Assembly: GCF_033153115.1 (NCBI RefSeq)
Contig: NW_026889751.1
Location: 11,222,001 to 11,286,000, forward strand
DNA from: Saccostrea echinata
Lineage: Eukaryota
Direction: 5' to 3'
Length of the DNA stretch: 64,000 nt
Position 1 is the first letter of the stretch. Every line of letters starts with the position of its first letter. The notes beneath the pieces are model-generated. The model had not been told where the DNA came from. It worked only from the letters and a program-made list of their open reading frames with translations, and did not search any database. Position numbers and translations under genes: made by a program. Below are positions 38,308-52,338 of the stretch, in pieces.

Positions 38308-38890
38308 TTAGCTTTACTGGTACAAGAGCAGAAGAGCTTGTGCGATAATAAGGTGTCCGTCGTCTGTCTGCCCGTATGTACACAATTTTTCAAAATGCTA
38401 CTCCTCCTACTGTTTTAGTCTGATATGATTTCAATATAACTTGGCACACAAGTAGACTGCACTAAGATACATAATTCTGTTTATTAGTTTTTTTTAATGA
38501 ACGGACTTGCCATGGTTACTAAAAGTAGAAATTTCTTTGAAATAATTTCAAAACATTACTCCTCCTACAGTTTGGTCTGATTTCAATATAACTTGGCATG
38601 CAAGCAAGTAGACTACACTGAAATACAAAATTGTCTTTATCGGTTTTTAACTTTGATATATGATGTTGCCATGGTTACTTAATTTGAAATTTCTGCAAAT
38701 TTCTTTGAAAAGCTACTCCTCCTACAATTTTAGTCTGATTGCAACAAATCTTGCCAAATAAAGAGACTAAACCAAGCATTATTATTCTATTTATTGCTGT
38801 TGCAAAGTTTCAAGTCCAAGTACTACTTTCGCTTCCTTTGTTATAAGTACAAACCAGTAGAGCTACGGTCTATTCAAAGACTTCTGGTTT
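38308..38890 (+). mobile_element. HINE of the ~153-157-bp-core family (about 3 units)
   Basis: 5' TTAGCTTTACTGG and subterminal inverse CCAGTAGAGCTA (38855). GTCTGTCTG microsatellite, and cores at about 38389, 38547 and 38706 homologous to 23525-24560. Confidence 0.8.
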
Positions 38891-39406
38891 TGTTTTGTTT
38901 TGATGTAATTTTTCCCCATTCAATTTTTAAAAAAAAATATTTTCTAGCTGTAAAATACGCTTAAGTGTTAAGTTTACATCGTCCATTACTTTCCCGAACT
39001 TTCTAATATACAGAATATACCGGCGCGGGGCATATTCATGCATTTTAATGAATGATCAGAAATGTTGATAAGTATTAAGTGCTTGCATAAGGATGAGTTA
39101 AATGGGACGAGGCCCTATTTCGTATAGTGTAGCCTACTTAGAGTGCCAGTTAGAACACGATGCGCAGTATCATTGCTATTTAAGAGTGTTTATTCGGGTC
39201 CTCATACCCGAGATGGCTAAAAGCCCCTTGACAAGGTATACCGATATGAGGCACACATTTACTTTGCTCTAAAACAAATGTAAGTTAAGTTCAAGGTAGT
39301 TTTTGAATAATCACGGGCATTCAAGCATATATATGCATTACAACTTTATATCGGCGGTAATGACAAACACGCATTATTAGTATAATAATTCAACTGAATA
39401 CCAAAA

Positions 39407-42101
39407 ATGGAACTTCGCGCTACTGAAGATATATTTGAAAATAAAAAAGCTGTGGCCAAACGTTCATATATACTGTGTCTGATTGTGACAATGGCCGTGG
39501 GAATTGGTCTTGGAATACTCATCGGGAGATTTGCAATTTGTGACAAAAAGATAGAAACAAACAATTCTGAACAACCTCTCTTTAACAAGGAAGCAGATCC
39601 AAGTACTAGTTCAAATATTATGAATGGGATTGATGCAGGAAAAATTCGCCAATATCTGCAGTAAGTTTGAGAATTTTGATTATTTCTAAAAATCCTGAAA
39701 TGCAAATTAGGCATTAACATGCCTACACTTACGTAATCAAATTTGTAAACAAGAAAACTAACCGCTGTGAAATCTAGATTGCCATAATTAATTTATGAGA
39801 TAATTCTTGTTGGGTTTTTTTTTCCTTCTTATTTAAGACTGATTTTACTTGAATAGCAATTAACTGCAAGACAACTCTTTTTTTTTTTTAATAAAAGAAC
39901 ACCATTGCAAAGTCTCCACATCGTAACAAACAATATTTGAGTTACATGTAAGTTGTTTACCATTTGAGGAGGAAACGTGATATTTAACCCATTATATAGC
40001 GCTGACAACTTGTCTGTGTCAATAAATACCCACCATAAAACTGGATATTAAAAATATAAAAGAAATTTTAGAGCCCCTAACTTACAAAGATAGATTTACT
40101 ATTACGCATTAACAAATTTTAAAAGGTATAAACAGTTTGGCATTTCTTGGTGATTTCCCCGGGAAAATATCTATTCTTATTAGATGTTCGAGAACTGGAT
40201 CATTCAAAGCATTTTCAACCATAAGCAACTACTATACCATAATAGTGACAATACATGTATTTGCAGACTGTGCATAATTATTGCAACATTGCATTTTGAC
40301 AAATGAGTATGCTGAAATCTTTCGGTGACTCGTAGCAAATAATTTTCATTTTTTATGCTTGCACAAAATAACTCTCACAGTCAGATTAATGCGGATTAGG
40401 ACCCTGAACTTAGAGAAAAAAAAGCAACAACATAAGACCTTCATTGCAGAGACTGTTCAAAAACTTATGGAGTTTCTGTACTTCTGTAGCGTATTCCCGA
40501 TCTGTTTCCTTTCTTGCTAGAGTCTGTTTGGTCTATTCGTGTATAAAAAAAGTATAAATTAAAGCATTTTGCTGAATGTTTGCAGTATATTTATGATTGT
40601 AGAAGTACATGCACTACTTTTTCTTTCTTTTTTGGGGTCTAATTCGTAGAAAGTATTTCTTTTACATTGAAAAAGAGTGAACACGAAAAGTGTTGGTATT
40701 TTTTTCAGTACGTTGAAGAAAGCCCATTCATATAGTTTTCGCATATTCATAAATAAATAAAGAACAATGCAAAGACCATCACAAACAGTGCAATATTCTT
40801 AGAAAATCCTGGATCAATTTCAGATATAGTTGAAAGGAGGTTATGTTTTCACCATATGCCCCTTCCCATCTATTTTCTTCCTTGTCTCAACTCACATGCT
40901 TTCCCATTATTTCATTTTTAAAAAATTGAAATTCATTTTCATTTAAAGGTTTAACGCAATATCTGAACTTTATTTCACATCTAAGTGCCAAATATTCCTG
41001 ACCTTTCAGACAATCATCTTCAGACAGAAACACAAATTAAATACCTTTAGGCTGTAAACATCGATGTACTCAATTCAACTTTGAAATTATTTCATTCGAG
41101 TTAATCCCAGTATCTAGAGATGTAGTCCTTAACCAAAGTCAAAAGCTTTTCCAAATGACCTTTAACCTATATTTATGCCCTTGAATTAAGAACAACACAT
41201 TTACTAAAATTTGAACCTAATGTACACTAGACAAAATTGCTAACGCACCACTTGGTTTTCTCATACGTAAACAGAACATTTGCCTAATCGGCACGAGTTA
41301 ATGGAATATGCCATCTTGCCAAACGCAGTCGAATTTTCCTATATCATGGTGTCCAAAGCAAGACCTATAAACGACCTTCTTGCCCGCAAACAATTTTCCG
41401 AAGCTGACTGTGCACTGCTTTTTGCACTGACCTGCGGATGGTAGTTGCCAATGGTGGTCAAAGAGGTTGCAACAAAGGTGGTTCCCCGATTCGAAATTAC
41501 TAATGAGTGATATGTCTATAATATCGTCTATATAGAAGTGCTTTGGCATCGGTATCTGGTGCACCACACTTCCGGTTGCCACAAATTTGCGATACAATCT
41601 TGCTATACAGTGTAGTCATGTAGTGTATATTGCATGTCGTGACAACCTCAAGAAGACATTTTCATATTTGTTAATCTAGTCGCAGCATTTTTACTGGAAG
41701 AAACAAAAATCTGAACTTATTTTAATTCTTTTTTACCTGAACTTATTTTAATTCTTTTTTACAAACCTATCCAGCAGAAATCATACTGACTGCCCTACCA
41801 CGCTCTTCTATAGTCGTACAATGCATACGGGTTTTTTAAATAGAGTTTTTTATGAAGGCAGATATTAAGGACACGAACCACGGAAGAAAATAGAAATATC
41901 CCCCCCCCCAATGCAGTGTAAAATTGTTACTTTTCATTCAACATTGACTTCATCAATGTGTTTAGGCATTTGAATGTCTTAATTTTAACTTCGATAATAT
42001 ATATTTATAAACACAGGCCCGTAGGAAGCAATTTCAGTTTGGGGGGCACAGCCATACATTTTTCAGTTGAGGGGGCACTACCAAAATTTTCCTGATAAGC
42101 A

Positions 42102-42175
<74 letters not shown>

Positions 42176-45100
42176 AAAAATAAAAAGGTCATCAACTACC
42201 AAAAATTCCTTGACAAGTAAAAAAAAAAGGGGGGGGGGTCATCATGCAGACGTTTTTATTGAGGGTGAGGGGACACAAGCATATAGCATTTATGTTTAAT
42301 ATAGTAATCTATATATCGGCAAAATTATTGGGGGACCCCCCCCCAGTGCCCCCCCCCCGGCTCCTACGGCCATCAAACATCAAAATTATACGCAAGTTTG
42401 ATTAATTATTAATTTTCTTTGGTGGTATGATAGAAATTTTGTCTAGATGTATATTATCTTCCACGAACAATAGCCTGCAAAAAAAAAAAAAAAAAGAAAA
42501 AAAAGAAAAAGAAAAAAAGAAAAAAAATCTACATCTGAAACATTTGTGTTGCTTATTGTGCATTTATGTCTCGTGATCTAGGTCATATCTAACAACTTGC
42601 TGAAATCCTGTCTAGGCTAGAAAAAGACAATATCTTTGTTCCCTCGATAAAAATACATTCAATTTTTGGCCTGTTGTTATCATTACATTAGATATGATAA
42701 ATCTTGTCGTTAAGATTATACAGTGATTACCTGATCACCAGGGAATTGTTTGGTTTATGAGAGGGATACAAAGAAAATAAGTTTTGTTTTTGTAATAAGA
42801 AAAAAAAGTTTCCTTCCAAAAAAATATTGTGAAATTTGAATTTCTGAACTTTCTGTCCTGTTACGGACCTTCCTTTATTACAATAAATTATGAAGTTTTT
42901 ATTCCTCAATGTCTTTTTGAATATAGTGAAGATAATCAAAGACAAACATTTAAAATTCGAGATTCTTTGATAGAGGCTTGTCTGAACTCCCCCATCTCGC
43001 TGGAACTGATGCCGATTATAAACAAGCTAAAGAGCTCCACGACTTCTGGAAGTCGGAAGGTTTGGACGAGGCTTTCATCGCTCCGTACGATGTACTGCTG
43101 TCATATCCTAATACCACAAACCCGGATGTTATGAACAGGATTTTTGTCTACAATCAGAATGACGCCGTGGAATGGCAGTCGAACCTGTTCGAGCCGATCC
43201 TTCATCCCAGCGAAAACAAATCTAACGTTGTCCCGCCTTTTAATGCCTATTCTGCGCCCGGGAATGTCACATCCGTAAGTAAAAGATGAAGTTACCTGGC
43301 GATATCAAAGTTGGTTTGACTGTTTTAATAAATATGTCTGTTAAACATGTTAAATGTATTTTGAATATTCACTTTTTTGTAACTAGCGTATCTCTACATC
43401 CCCTGTTGTCAAACAACACAATTTCCCATTATACGTTGTATCAGATCATTAGGGCCTAACATCATCTTCAATAACATACACTTGATTGTACTTTCATTTA
43501 AACTTGTCTAAAAGAGAGTGCCTGCGTGGTGAGAACAATTGTACATGTACGACTCGTATGTCTTTCAGTCAGAGTTGTTCTACGTTAACTATGGTCGTGT
43601 GGAGGACTTCCAGTGGTTGGTCACTAACAAGTCTGTTAACATCACGGGGAAGATGGTCATCGCCAGATACGGAAAAATCTTCAGGGGGGACAAGGTGAGG
43701 TCATCCCATCAGTACCTTTTACCTATTCTAACTGGGTTCATTTAAACGAAAACTTTTGCCAGATATATGCAAAACAACGGTATATCTTAGGTTCGCCTAG
43801 CTTCACGATATGGCGCCTCTGGTATCATCTTATACTCCGATCCCCTGGACTACACAGATGGTCCCAACTCTAAAGTTTATCCTAATGGCTGGTGGCTTCC
43901 AGACACGGGCACTCAGAGAGGGACCACCTTCATGGGTAAAGGGGACCCTTTAACTCCAGGCTACCCGGCAACAGGTTTGTCAATTTCATTACCATATACA
44001 AAATCTTGAAAGCAATTCACATTTTCAGCAAAAAAATGTCTAAAATGATTTCATTTTAGAATTTTTATGAATGTTTCTACAATTGTTCATTACTCTGTCA
44101 AATGCATGTATTCAAAGCTTGTATAAGCGTGACTTTATAGCAGTTTGCAACCTTTGTTTGTAGATACAGCCTACCGAGTTGATGAAGAGAAATTGAAAGG
44201 TGATCTCCTTCCAAACATCCCCGTTCATCCTATCGGATATGGTGTGGCAGAGAAGCTGCTTAGGTGTTCAAATATCATACTATTATTTATAGAACAAAAT
44301 CATGATTTTTGTTTAAATAAATGGGTACACCACAAAGGCTAAACTATTTGTTTAAAATCCGTAAGTAAAATAGAGATCATTTTTATTTCAAGCTTTGTTT
44401 TCAACATTTTTAAGTCATTAAAGTCATAAGATACCAAAAATCCAGAGAAAGTGAGGGTTTAATCATACCATTTTGTTTTTTAGGTTCAATTTAATATGTT
44501 ACATGCTATAGTAATTTTTTATTTGGAGATTTCGTTATTTCATGCTTTTGCATTGAATTTCAATATAGAAATACATAAAAGCATAGATTTGGGAAGAATA
44601 AAAAAATAAAGATAGTTTGATAGTGGAATTTCATGATAAAAATGTGTTTAAGCAATAATTAAGCATGTACAAACTGTTTTACAGATTTTATAACAATTAT
44701 TCGAGTATCCTATGTCCTTAAAAAAGCTAGGAAGTACATGTATATTTGGACGTTATTCTACTGTGCTGAAAATCAAGTTCTAACTTAAAGTTGTGCGCCT
44801 GCTAAGTTGATGTAATATTGAGTATAGAGATTTTTTGATTGACACACCTACTTAGTAACCACATGCTCTGTTGAAAAGCTGCAAACTAGTTCTGAACTGA
44901 TTTACAAAGAACCAGTGTCACTCAGTCAGTTTATTAGGCAATTTAGAATCACTAGTCACTGATATCCTAGTAAGCCGTTTTGAAAATCGTAATCAGTACG
45001 ACTTACCATTTTATTATCCACCATATTGTATGGAAAAAAGTTGAGATTCCTGGATATAGAATTCACATGATCTTCTTCTTTGTTCGTCTAGATATTTGGT

Positions 45101-48100
45101 ATAGTACCATCCCCTTACAGTCTCAGTGCTGTGTGTTCCCTCTCATCTAAAAAATAAAGCTTTGTACTGGCCTTTTTGTTCCTGATCTGTCACATTAGGA
45201 CATGATAGCAAGCCGATTTGTATTGTCATTGGGGATAAAATAGGTAGCAAACTAGAGTCCTGATGTTTCTTAGTTTATTAGATGCATCAGTCTTGAAATT
45301 TGTTTAATATTTGAAATAATTGATAAAATCTGTGGATTATTATTTTTTAGAACTGACAGTTTCATAAAAAAATATTCCTAGATAAATTCTAGCATTGGTT
45401 TCTTTTCACAGTTACATGGGAGGTGAGGAGGTTCCAGAATCTTGGAGGGGAGGGATTAATACAACGTACAAAATTGGGGGACTGTTGAAAAATTCCGGAT
45501 GGTATGTGATATTGGTTGTTGTAATGTTAAAATTCAACATACGAAACTTTCCAAGTCACTCACCATTTAACACTATAATGAAATATATTTCAGGAAAATC
45601 AGAATACGGATTTCAACACGGAATATGCGGAAGACAATTTACAATGTGTTTGGCCTTATCAGAGGAGAAATTGAACCAGGTTTGTATTACTTTAAAATTT
45701 ATATAAATCCAGGCCAGAAGAATTGTATTTCAAGTGTAATGAAGTATGGTGAGTCAAATCAGACTTGCACTCACGTAATACTTACGAGAACACTCTCTAA
45801 ACACACTCCATGACATGATCAGCACACGTTCTAATGTACTTGTGACAACGTTTTCTTTAACATCACTCCTGTGCATTTATATGAACATATGTGGGTTTTT
45901 TGTCTAATTTTGATTCTTTCAAAATCTGCTCACCAAATATGACACACCGTTCTGAAATACATGTATACTGAAAAGATAACAGAATCGATTGAACGTCAAA
46001 GCACGTCAAGCAAGGTTCTATCTACAAAAATTTTCGATCCAAGAAAGCATCAATGCTTTAGAAACACGTCTAATTTTTGAAATTGTTAATTTGGGATTGC
46101 ATTAATGTTATAGGAATCCCAAAAATCCCTTCAGTAAGTTTTCTAGTCACATTCACACAAACGTGGCTGGGATTCAGGTGAGCATTGTTTGTTCATAGGC
46201 CTCCTAGAAAACAGATTTGGTAAACAACTTAAAGTCATTTGACTTAAAGTAATTGAAAAACTAAGATGCAACATAAAGCAAACATATATTTAATAAAAAA
46301 AAAATATACGCGATATTGTTTTTCATTTCATCAGACAGGTATATTTTGCTTGGCAACCATCGTGACGCCTGGGTGTTTGGAGCAATAGATCCTTCTAGTG
46401 GAACAGCTGTAATGAAAGAGGTGTCCCGAGTAATGGGAAACCTGGTTCGAGCAAGTGAGAGACACATATTAACCCTCAAATGTTCTTCATTTTAGCCAAA
46501 AATTGTATACCGGTATAACACCAACCAAGGCGTCGAATGACTGGTCGTATTGGTCACTTGAGAAGTAGTTTATCATACTGTCTTTCACTAATCAACAATT
46601 TTCAATTTCCAAGAAGTCATGACTTATTATGACTGGTCATGTACTCATTATTGAAAATCATTAATTAGTGAAAGACAATACCACTTATTCCCAACAAAGA
46701 TGGAAAAAACTACGTTGAAAATGTTTGGCGTTTATTTTTTACATTTCAAGTCACAAAGTTTGTCGAATTCATACAAGCTGAATGGTTCTGGCAAGGAAAC
46801 ACGCTTATGACCCGTACTGTTGTTATGTATCGGTACATAAACGGAGTGAACAATAATGGTTTTGTAGAACTGGGCCAACCTTTTACATGTACATCTGAAA
46901 CAATGAATTCTTTTTCCCGAAAGATATAAAATGTGGTCTTAGGTGTATGCCAAGAGCACTCTGAAGATAGTGATAGCTATACCTGATGGCTTGTTATAAC
47001 ATGTTGAGTGCTATTTTCTAAGTTAGGATTTCTTTGTATTTTTAATCAAAATATGATATATTAAACATTTATCATCTTCAAACAGGAATAAATACCTGTA
47101 CAATATGTTAATTTCATATACATTATGACTTGGTTTCCGAAAAGGGGTTTAAAAAGAATTTTATTTTCTTCACACAAAATTAAAGTTTATTTCACAATCT
47201 GCAAATCTGCCTGGAACAGAGTTGCTTATTCCTTTTTGTCATTGTCTTGTAATTTTTGACAATATGTTGCTCATTCTCTCACCAGAGGGCGCGCTGCGCA
47301 AGCTTCACTTACATCCGGAACACCTCGGGCCTTTCACAGAAAAACACGTGTTTTTCTGTGAAAGGCCCGAGGTGTTCCGGATGGCTTCACTTACAGTTGA
47401 AGTGAAATGAAGTGAAGCTTGCGTAGCGCCCTCTGGTGAGAGAATATATGTTGCTTTGAATTTTGTAGAGAAATGGCGCCCCCGTCGGACGATCATATTT
47501 TGTAGTTGGGGAGCGGAAGAGTATGGGTTAATAGGATCAACCGAATGGATTGAGGTAAAATCTTATCGTAGAGGCAAAACTAAGGAAACAACACATTCAA
47601 CATTTAAGTATTTTTTTTCTTTATAATTTTCCGTGAAATTATTTAATATAACATGTTAAATTATTTAAGGCAGGAACGAGAATGGTCGAAAAATTCGGTG
47701 ATTTCAAAGTTAGACATCCCTTTTATTAAAGCGGAGATGTGTTTTAAAAGATCCCTTGTCATCGCGAATTTAAACAAATTTTATCTGCATTGTTCAATTC
47801 ATTTCAATTTTTGAATGCGTGGAAAATGCTCTGCTAACTACCGTTGGTGTTGCAGAGTGTTACACTGTGATATGCTTACCCCACGAATGAACTGATAAAT
47901 ATGAATAAAAGCTAAAACCAATCATAGGTCCTATAAAATGGATGGGTACAATCAAAACTTCTCGGGCCTTTCCGACATGCGGAAAAACAACCTCGAGGTT
48001 GTTTTTCAGACCTCTGACAGAAAAACCCGAGATGATGCGATTGGGATGGGTACTGGACTCCCAATTCCAAAAACATCAAATTGGTATTTGCTTTGCACAG

Positions 48101-51100
48101 AAAAGGAAACCTTTAACACTTATTCGTAATTATATAATGGTTATCTGCAGTTTTTTCGTTTTTTCTTGTAGCAATATATTAAGAACCTGGCAGAGCGGGC
48201 GGTGGCGTACCTTAATGTAGATATAGCTGTAACAGGTGAGCTAATAGTTAAAGCTTCATTTTACCGAAATAGTCAGTTTGAAATCCATCCGCGGCTATTA
48301 ATTTTGGCGATTGAGGAAACACTCTTCACGATTACGTGTTTCGCGGCGATATGTATTCGCTAGATGGTTGCGAAATTTGCGGATATTTCTTGCACGCGAA
48401 CAAAAGTTGGTTTACAGTAATAAGTAGGAACATTGGCAACTATTGTAATTAGAAATGCAAAATATTAAGATATTTATTTGACCTTTTTTAAAAAATTTCA
48501 TATTCGTGTATATTTTTTAAAGTAATTTCTGTCAAAACATTATTTGCAAGAAATGGCAATCAGTGCTCATGTGATTTTTCATACCCTAGAATATACACAC
48601 ATTTACGATTGCTACAATGAAAATAACACAATCAAGTACCCTTAACCCTTAACAAAATACCAACAAAAAAAAATTATTTTTGATATGTATAACTATAGTG
48701 ATTAAAGGTAAGAAATTTGAAAGCACAGTCTGGTTTTATCCATTTATGTGTTTAAATGCTGCACGAGTCTCAATAATTTGATCAATATTTCTTCCTACAG
48801 GAAATTATACCTTAACAAGTGGAGCTACCCCTCTAGTACATCATGCTTTGTTTGAAGCTTCGAAATCCGTGCCGAATCCAGATGCTGCGCGCGCAGCTCA
48901 AGGACTGAAGACTGTGTATGACAACTGGAGATCAAGTACCCCAAGTGAAGAAGACAACACTAAACCAAAGTACAGTGACCTTGTTTCAAACGTGCACCTC
49001 GACTTTGAGAAATTAAATGTCTATTTTAAGAGTTTCTTTTAAAGAGAATAATTATTTTAATTAACAGGATTTTCCCCCTTGGCTCCGGAAGTGACTTTGC
49101 ATCCTTCATACAACAAATTGGATTACCCAGTGTTGATTTATTCTACAACTATGACGAAGTATGCAGTAAATAATCAGCTCAAACCCTACATTTTTTATAA
49201 GAATCATTTAAAGGTTTGAAGCTAAAATATTGTATTAATTTTTTGCAGAAAAAGTACAAAATTGCGTTCTATCCTTTATATCACTCGAAGTACGAAACTT
49301 TTTACGCCGTGGACGAAATACTGGACCCTGGATTTCAGGTCTGTTGGCATGCAAACATTTTTATTACTGGTCAGACTCACAATTTTTTATTTCATGATTT
49401 CAATTGCTCTGCGAGTTTAAAAGTTTACTCTTTGTTGTGTTTTGTTGATAATTATATGTTAATTTTTTTTTAGTTTCACAAAGCAGTGGGACAGGTCTGG
49501 GCCGAATTAGCCAGGAATCTTGCAGATTCTTTGATTGTTCCATTTGATGTTCGAGATTATGCACGTGCTTTAAACGATCTTGTTAAACAACTTAATACAT
49601 CTGAAACTGGGTCTATTCTGCGAACCAAAATAAGTTTAGGTAACAATTCATATACTAGTAATACATGCATGTTTAATTGTATTTATCTGTTGTTTAGTTT
49701 GGGGTGATTTTAATTACACTGTACAGTTTGATTTACCTACTGCCTCTTTGGTTTAAGCAAGTGCATGATTTTAATCGATTGCAGATAAACTTTTTGAAGC
49801 TGCTGCTAATTTCACAAATGAAATTAGTTCATTTTATAGTGCGCAACAGAAAGTGGATAAAGCAAAGTAAGTTTTTTTTTTATACAATACACACATTAAC
49901 TGTATATGAATTTCACAGAAAAACAAAACATACATAAACAGCATGTGAATATCATTGATATCCAATAAATACTCAAACTGTATGGATAGATGTACATGTC
50001 TGAAAATTCATTAAAAAAACTAAATAATATTGTCATTGACAAATGCACAGACAAAATGTATAATAATATTGATCTACATTACATATTATATACTGTACAA
50101 ACTTTTAAATGACCCCGTATTGGTTTAATACACAAACTATATATTTAAATCAGTGGTATACTTTTTAATACCAGATGTTCAATTTATGTAAAATATTTTC
50201 AGATTACATCTATATCTTTAAAAATAATTATTACAGAGTTACTGACTTAGTTTTTGAGTTCATGTCTTTGTGGTGGACTGAAATTTAAGAAAATGAGCAA
50301 TGAGTTTTCTATTCCTGTGAAAAAGTTAATTTTGGCTATGTTATTATAGTCCTTATGCGATACGACAAATCAATGACCAGCTGATGCAATTAGACCGAGC
50401 ATTCACAGACCCAGCAGGTCTGCCTAATAGACCGCAGGCCAGGTATATTATATATAAAAATAGCATACGTAAATGGAACAAGCAGTCTCGATTACTTGTA
50501 TTGTTTTATATATAGACTTATTGAGATCAAAATAAAATAAAAGGTGGTTTAAGGATGTATTATGCTGAGGTGATTTTTTTACGGGACTCATATGGTTTTT
50601 TTCATCAAAATCAAATTTTTACCCATTAACTCCTATTATCTATTTACATTTTGTTTCTCTGTTGTTTTGATAGTCTTCTCAAAAAAATGTAAAGAAAAGT
50701 TTACATTTATTAAATATATAATAAATATATTATAAGTTTTCTTTGAAAAATCCCAAGAAATCTGGTTTCCAGCCATACTTTTAATGCCTTATATCTCAAA
50801 AATATGGCCACTAATTCATATTTCCCTCTTTCTTTTTTGTTTCAAATAATGAATACATTGAAATAAAATCCTAAAATTGAAAAGCCAAATGCAAGTTATC
50901 GAAACAGAATACATCATTAAGATCTTTGAAAATTTCATACATTTTAAGATAATTTTTTAAAAGTTAGCAGAACATGTATTCATCTCAATTTTGTGGATTT
51001 GTAGACACATTTTATTTGCCGAGAGTAGTGTTAACGCTTACGCTGGAAGCAGTTTCCCTGGCTTGTCAGACACAACGTTTGAAATAATCGGAAGTGAAAA

Positions 51101-51212
51101 TGAAAGTGAACGATGGGAAGTAGTGAAAAAACATTATGCAGCCATAATATTTGCAATACAGTCTGCTACGTCATCATTACGTGATGTAACTAGATTCATG
51201 CCATCAATGTAA
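39407..51212 (+). CDS. M28B metallopeptidase (glutamate carboxypeptidase II / NAALADase-like type II membrane protein), ~769 aa, 17 exons
   Basis: Exons 39407-39660, 42974-43274, 43569-43694, 43791-43974, 44164-44263, 45412-45501, 45594-45679, 46335-46454, 47469-47554, 48172-48235, 48801-48969, 49068-49158, 49249-49338, 49474-49639, 49785-49866, 50350-50442 and 51005-51212; all GT-AG, 2310 nt in frame. N-terminal TM helix, PHLAGT, PA domain ([16 protein letters not shown]), Zn/catalytic motifs [33 protein letters not shown], and a TfR-type dimerisation domain. Confidence 0.93.
41300..41640 (-). pseudogene. Possible decayed Tc1-family transposase N-terminal fragment
   Basis: Translation [13 protein letters not shown] resembles the Tc1 HTH motif SRLxxRFxETGSV. 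The rest is degraded. Confidence 0.35.
42014..42373. mobile_element. Short-TIR MITE containing an (AAAT)n microsatellite
   Basis: CAGGCCCGTAGGAAGC...GGGGGGCAC at the left end and GTGCCCCC...GGCTCCTACGGCC at the right. (AAAT)n spans about 42105-42183. Confidence 0.5.
47272..47446. mobile_element. Foldback MITE with a perfect 72-bp central palindrome and 9-10-bp TSD
   Basis: ATTCTCTCACCAGAGGGCGC ... GCGCCCTCTGGTGAGAGAAT. The palindrome 47312-47383 is centred on CACGTG. The flank (A)TATGTTGCT is duplicated. Confidence 0.88.
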
Positions 51213-52122
51213 TCATACTTAATTCATGTATTGATTTGCTTGAATTTTCAAAACTTAAAAGTGCAGTTGCTTATTTCATGTAGCAAGTGAGATTCTGCGT
51301 ATTTTTTATATATGTGTCTGAGTTGATGAATGTCGTTTAACTTTTATTATAATGACGTGTTAACTATATTATTGTTGTATTAAACATATCCTGTAAAAAG
51401 TGAAATAAAATATGAAAGTAATATAATCTTAAATTGATTTAAAATTTTAAAGTTTTGCATGTAACATAAGCCTTGGGTGTTGATGAAAATATTATTATAT
51501 TGCCGTATAAGGAATACTTTCGCATACTGTATGGAAAGCTCAAAGATCCTAGAGTGACTATGAATGATTTACTATCAACGAATTTATTCCTTTTGTGAAG
51601 ATTAAAAGTTGATCTTTAAATTGTTACAATTTGACTCCATCGGTATCTACATTTCATTCTTAACCAGAAAGGCTTGGAAGAAGGGCTCTATTGAACTTGA
51701 CAATCAAAATAAGTTGATCTTTCATCATTTATTTCATACCTAACCTGCAATATGTGTAAATTTTACTTTTAACGTATTGGGTGTCCTTGAAGAACTCATA
51801 TTAAGTTGATTTTTAGATAAATGTATAATTCCATACCATGTAAGGAAGTTTAGAGACAGGAAACATTGTGTCCTTCTACAAGTCTATACACAAGTTAAAA
51901 TTCAGCACTTCGATTACATTCCTCTGACCAAACTTTTATATCCTGTATACACTAAAGAAAAAAGGGGGTTTTTGGACTTTGAAAAAATTATATCGTATAT
52001 AAGGTGTTGTGTCCATCTACTACATTTTCAGCACAGGTTACCAGCCATTTACCCACAGGGAAAATGTTCTCGGACAAGCAAGTATTGATGAACATCAACG
52101 AAAATCACTGTTGTTTTCTTAA

Positions 52123-52338
52123 GGTTCAGTGATACTCTGATAAGAGAGATAACTCTTAATGACTTAAATTTCTATTATTCCTTTATAAATTTCTCAAGTT
52201 AAAATATCTTTTTTGTCCAATTTTGCCCCGCAAGCCGTGATACAATTGTTTGTTTTTTAATTATAAAATACATTTCTTTTGGAAAATCATAACAGTTAAA
52301 GAAACATTTAATATGAGCGAATAGAGGGTTTATGAACC
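52123..52338. mobile_element. TTAA MITE, copy 1
   Basis: TTAA|GGTTCA...TGAACC|TTAA, homologous along its length to 52635-52858. Confidence 0.75.
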
